DNA of 64,000 bases from Octopus bimaculoides. Its lineage: Eukaryota. The translations under genes were made by a program, and so were the position numbers. Shown one piece after another: positions 63,656-64,000 of the stretch. The stretch lies in contig NC_068981.1 in assembly GCF_001194135.2 (NCBI RefSeq), positions 125,133,778 through 125,197,777 on the forward strand, in the 5' to 3' direction. The stretch's first letter is position 1. Each line of letters opens with the position of its first letter. Under the pieces are notes generated by a model that worked only from the letters and a program-made list of their open reading frames with translations, was not told the origin of the DNA and did not search any database.

Positions 63656-64000
63656 CATTATGGGTAGATAAACACACTGAAATCAGTGTACTTCAAGAGA
63701 AATTTGGTAACAACAAAAGGGTTAAGATGAGAAATTTCATAGTCCTAAAGAGATAGCTCAACCTTTCTCATGGTAATATCACTGATTCTATAAGGCAAAA
63801 AGGCATGGGAGTAAGAGCAACTAAATTTGTTAATCATGAAATTTACTCAAATTTCATGATTTAATACTCTTCAGAATGTGAAATTGTTTGATTTTGGAGT
63901 ACACACTCTCTGAAGTTATAAAAGAGTGGATGAAGTTTCAGTTTGCATTATCAAATGGAACTACAGGCATCTTTCAACTTATGTCATATGGTGTTATGCT

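Noticed and set aside
63245-63756. Overlapping GC-rich ORFs with repeated peptides
   Set aside because: They are translations of the RTE 3' UTR tandem repeats, not a host gene.
54322-64000. Next upstream FAM20B exon (expected ...DRHNxE..AFHL.R)
   Set aside because: I scanned by eye for the reverse-complement codon pattern and a phase-2 donor and found none, so it is presumably beyond the window.

Overview
AT-rich, microsatellite-dense eukaryotic genomic DNA with six N-gaps (11024-11033, 12004-12163, 16770-16956, 30467-30839, 34615-34839, 52730-53701). The SINE/LINE families look like those I recall from Octopus (coleoid cephalopod); this is an inference, not a database match. One host gene is supported: the last five coding exons of a FAM20B-type glycosaminoglycan xylosylkinase on the minus strand (54212-54321, 39562-39730, 32620-32808, 21952-22011, 13401-13644). 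All splice sites are GT-AG and the exons join in frame: [49 protein letters not shown]...RHPWGRTY...[24 protein letters not shown]...[31 protein letters not shown]...EKHVET*. The 5' exons lie beyond base 64000. The rest is intron or downstream DNA filled with tRNA-head SINEs, RTE, R4/Dong, Penelope and Gypsy remnants, a DD36E Tc1, a mariner, piggyBac-type MITEs, a Helitron-like end and many microsatellites. Most ORFs in the supplied track are microsatellite or gap artefacts. The least ordinary structures are: (i) several long foldback hairpins around the last exon and in the introns, which are potential dsRNA/ADAR substrates; (ii) a complex rearrangement at 51.3-54.9 kb with 330-bp inverted arms, a perfect 48-bp palindrome and a captured copy of the neighbouring intron; (iii) a stack of five SINEs plus a Dong-like LINE in one (TAA)n tract next to a 60-bp exon; (iv) a DD36E transposase. 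I found no convincing new protein-coding system. Percent identities are hand counts.
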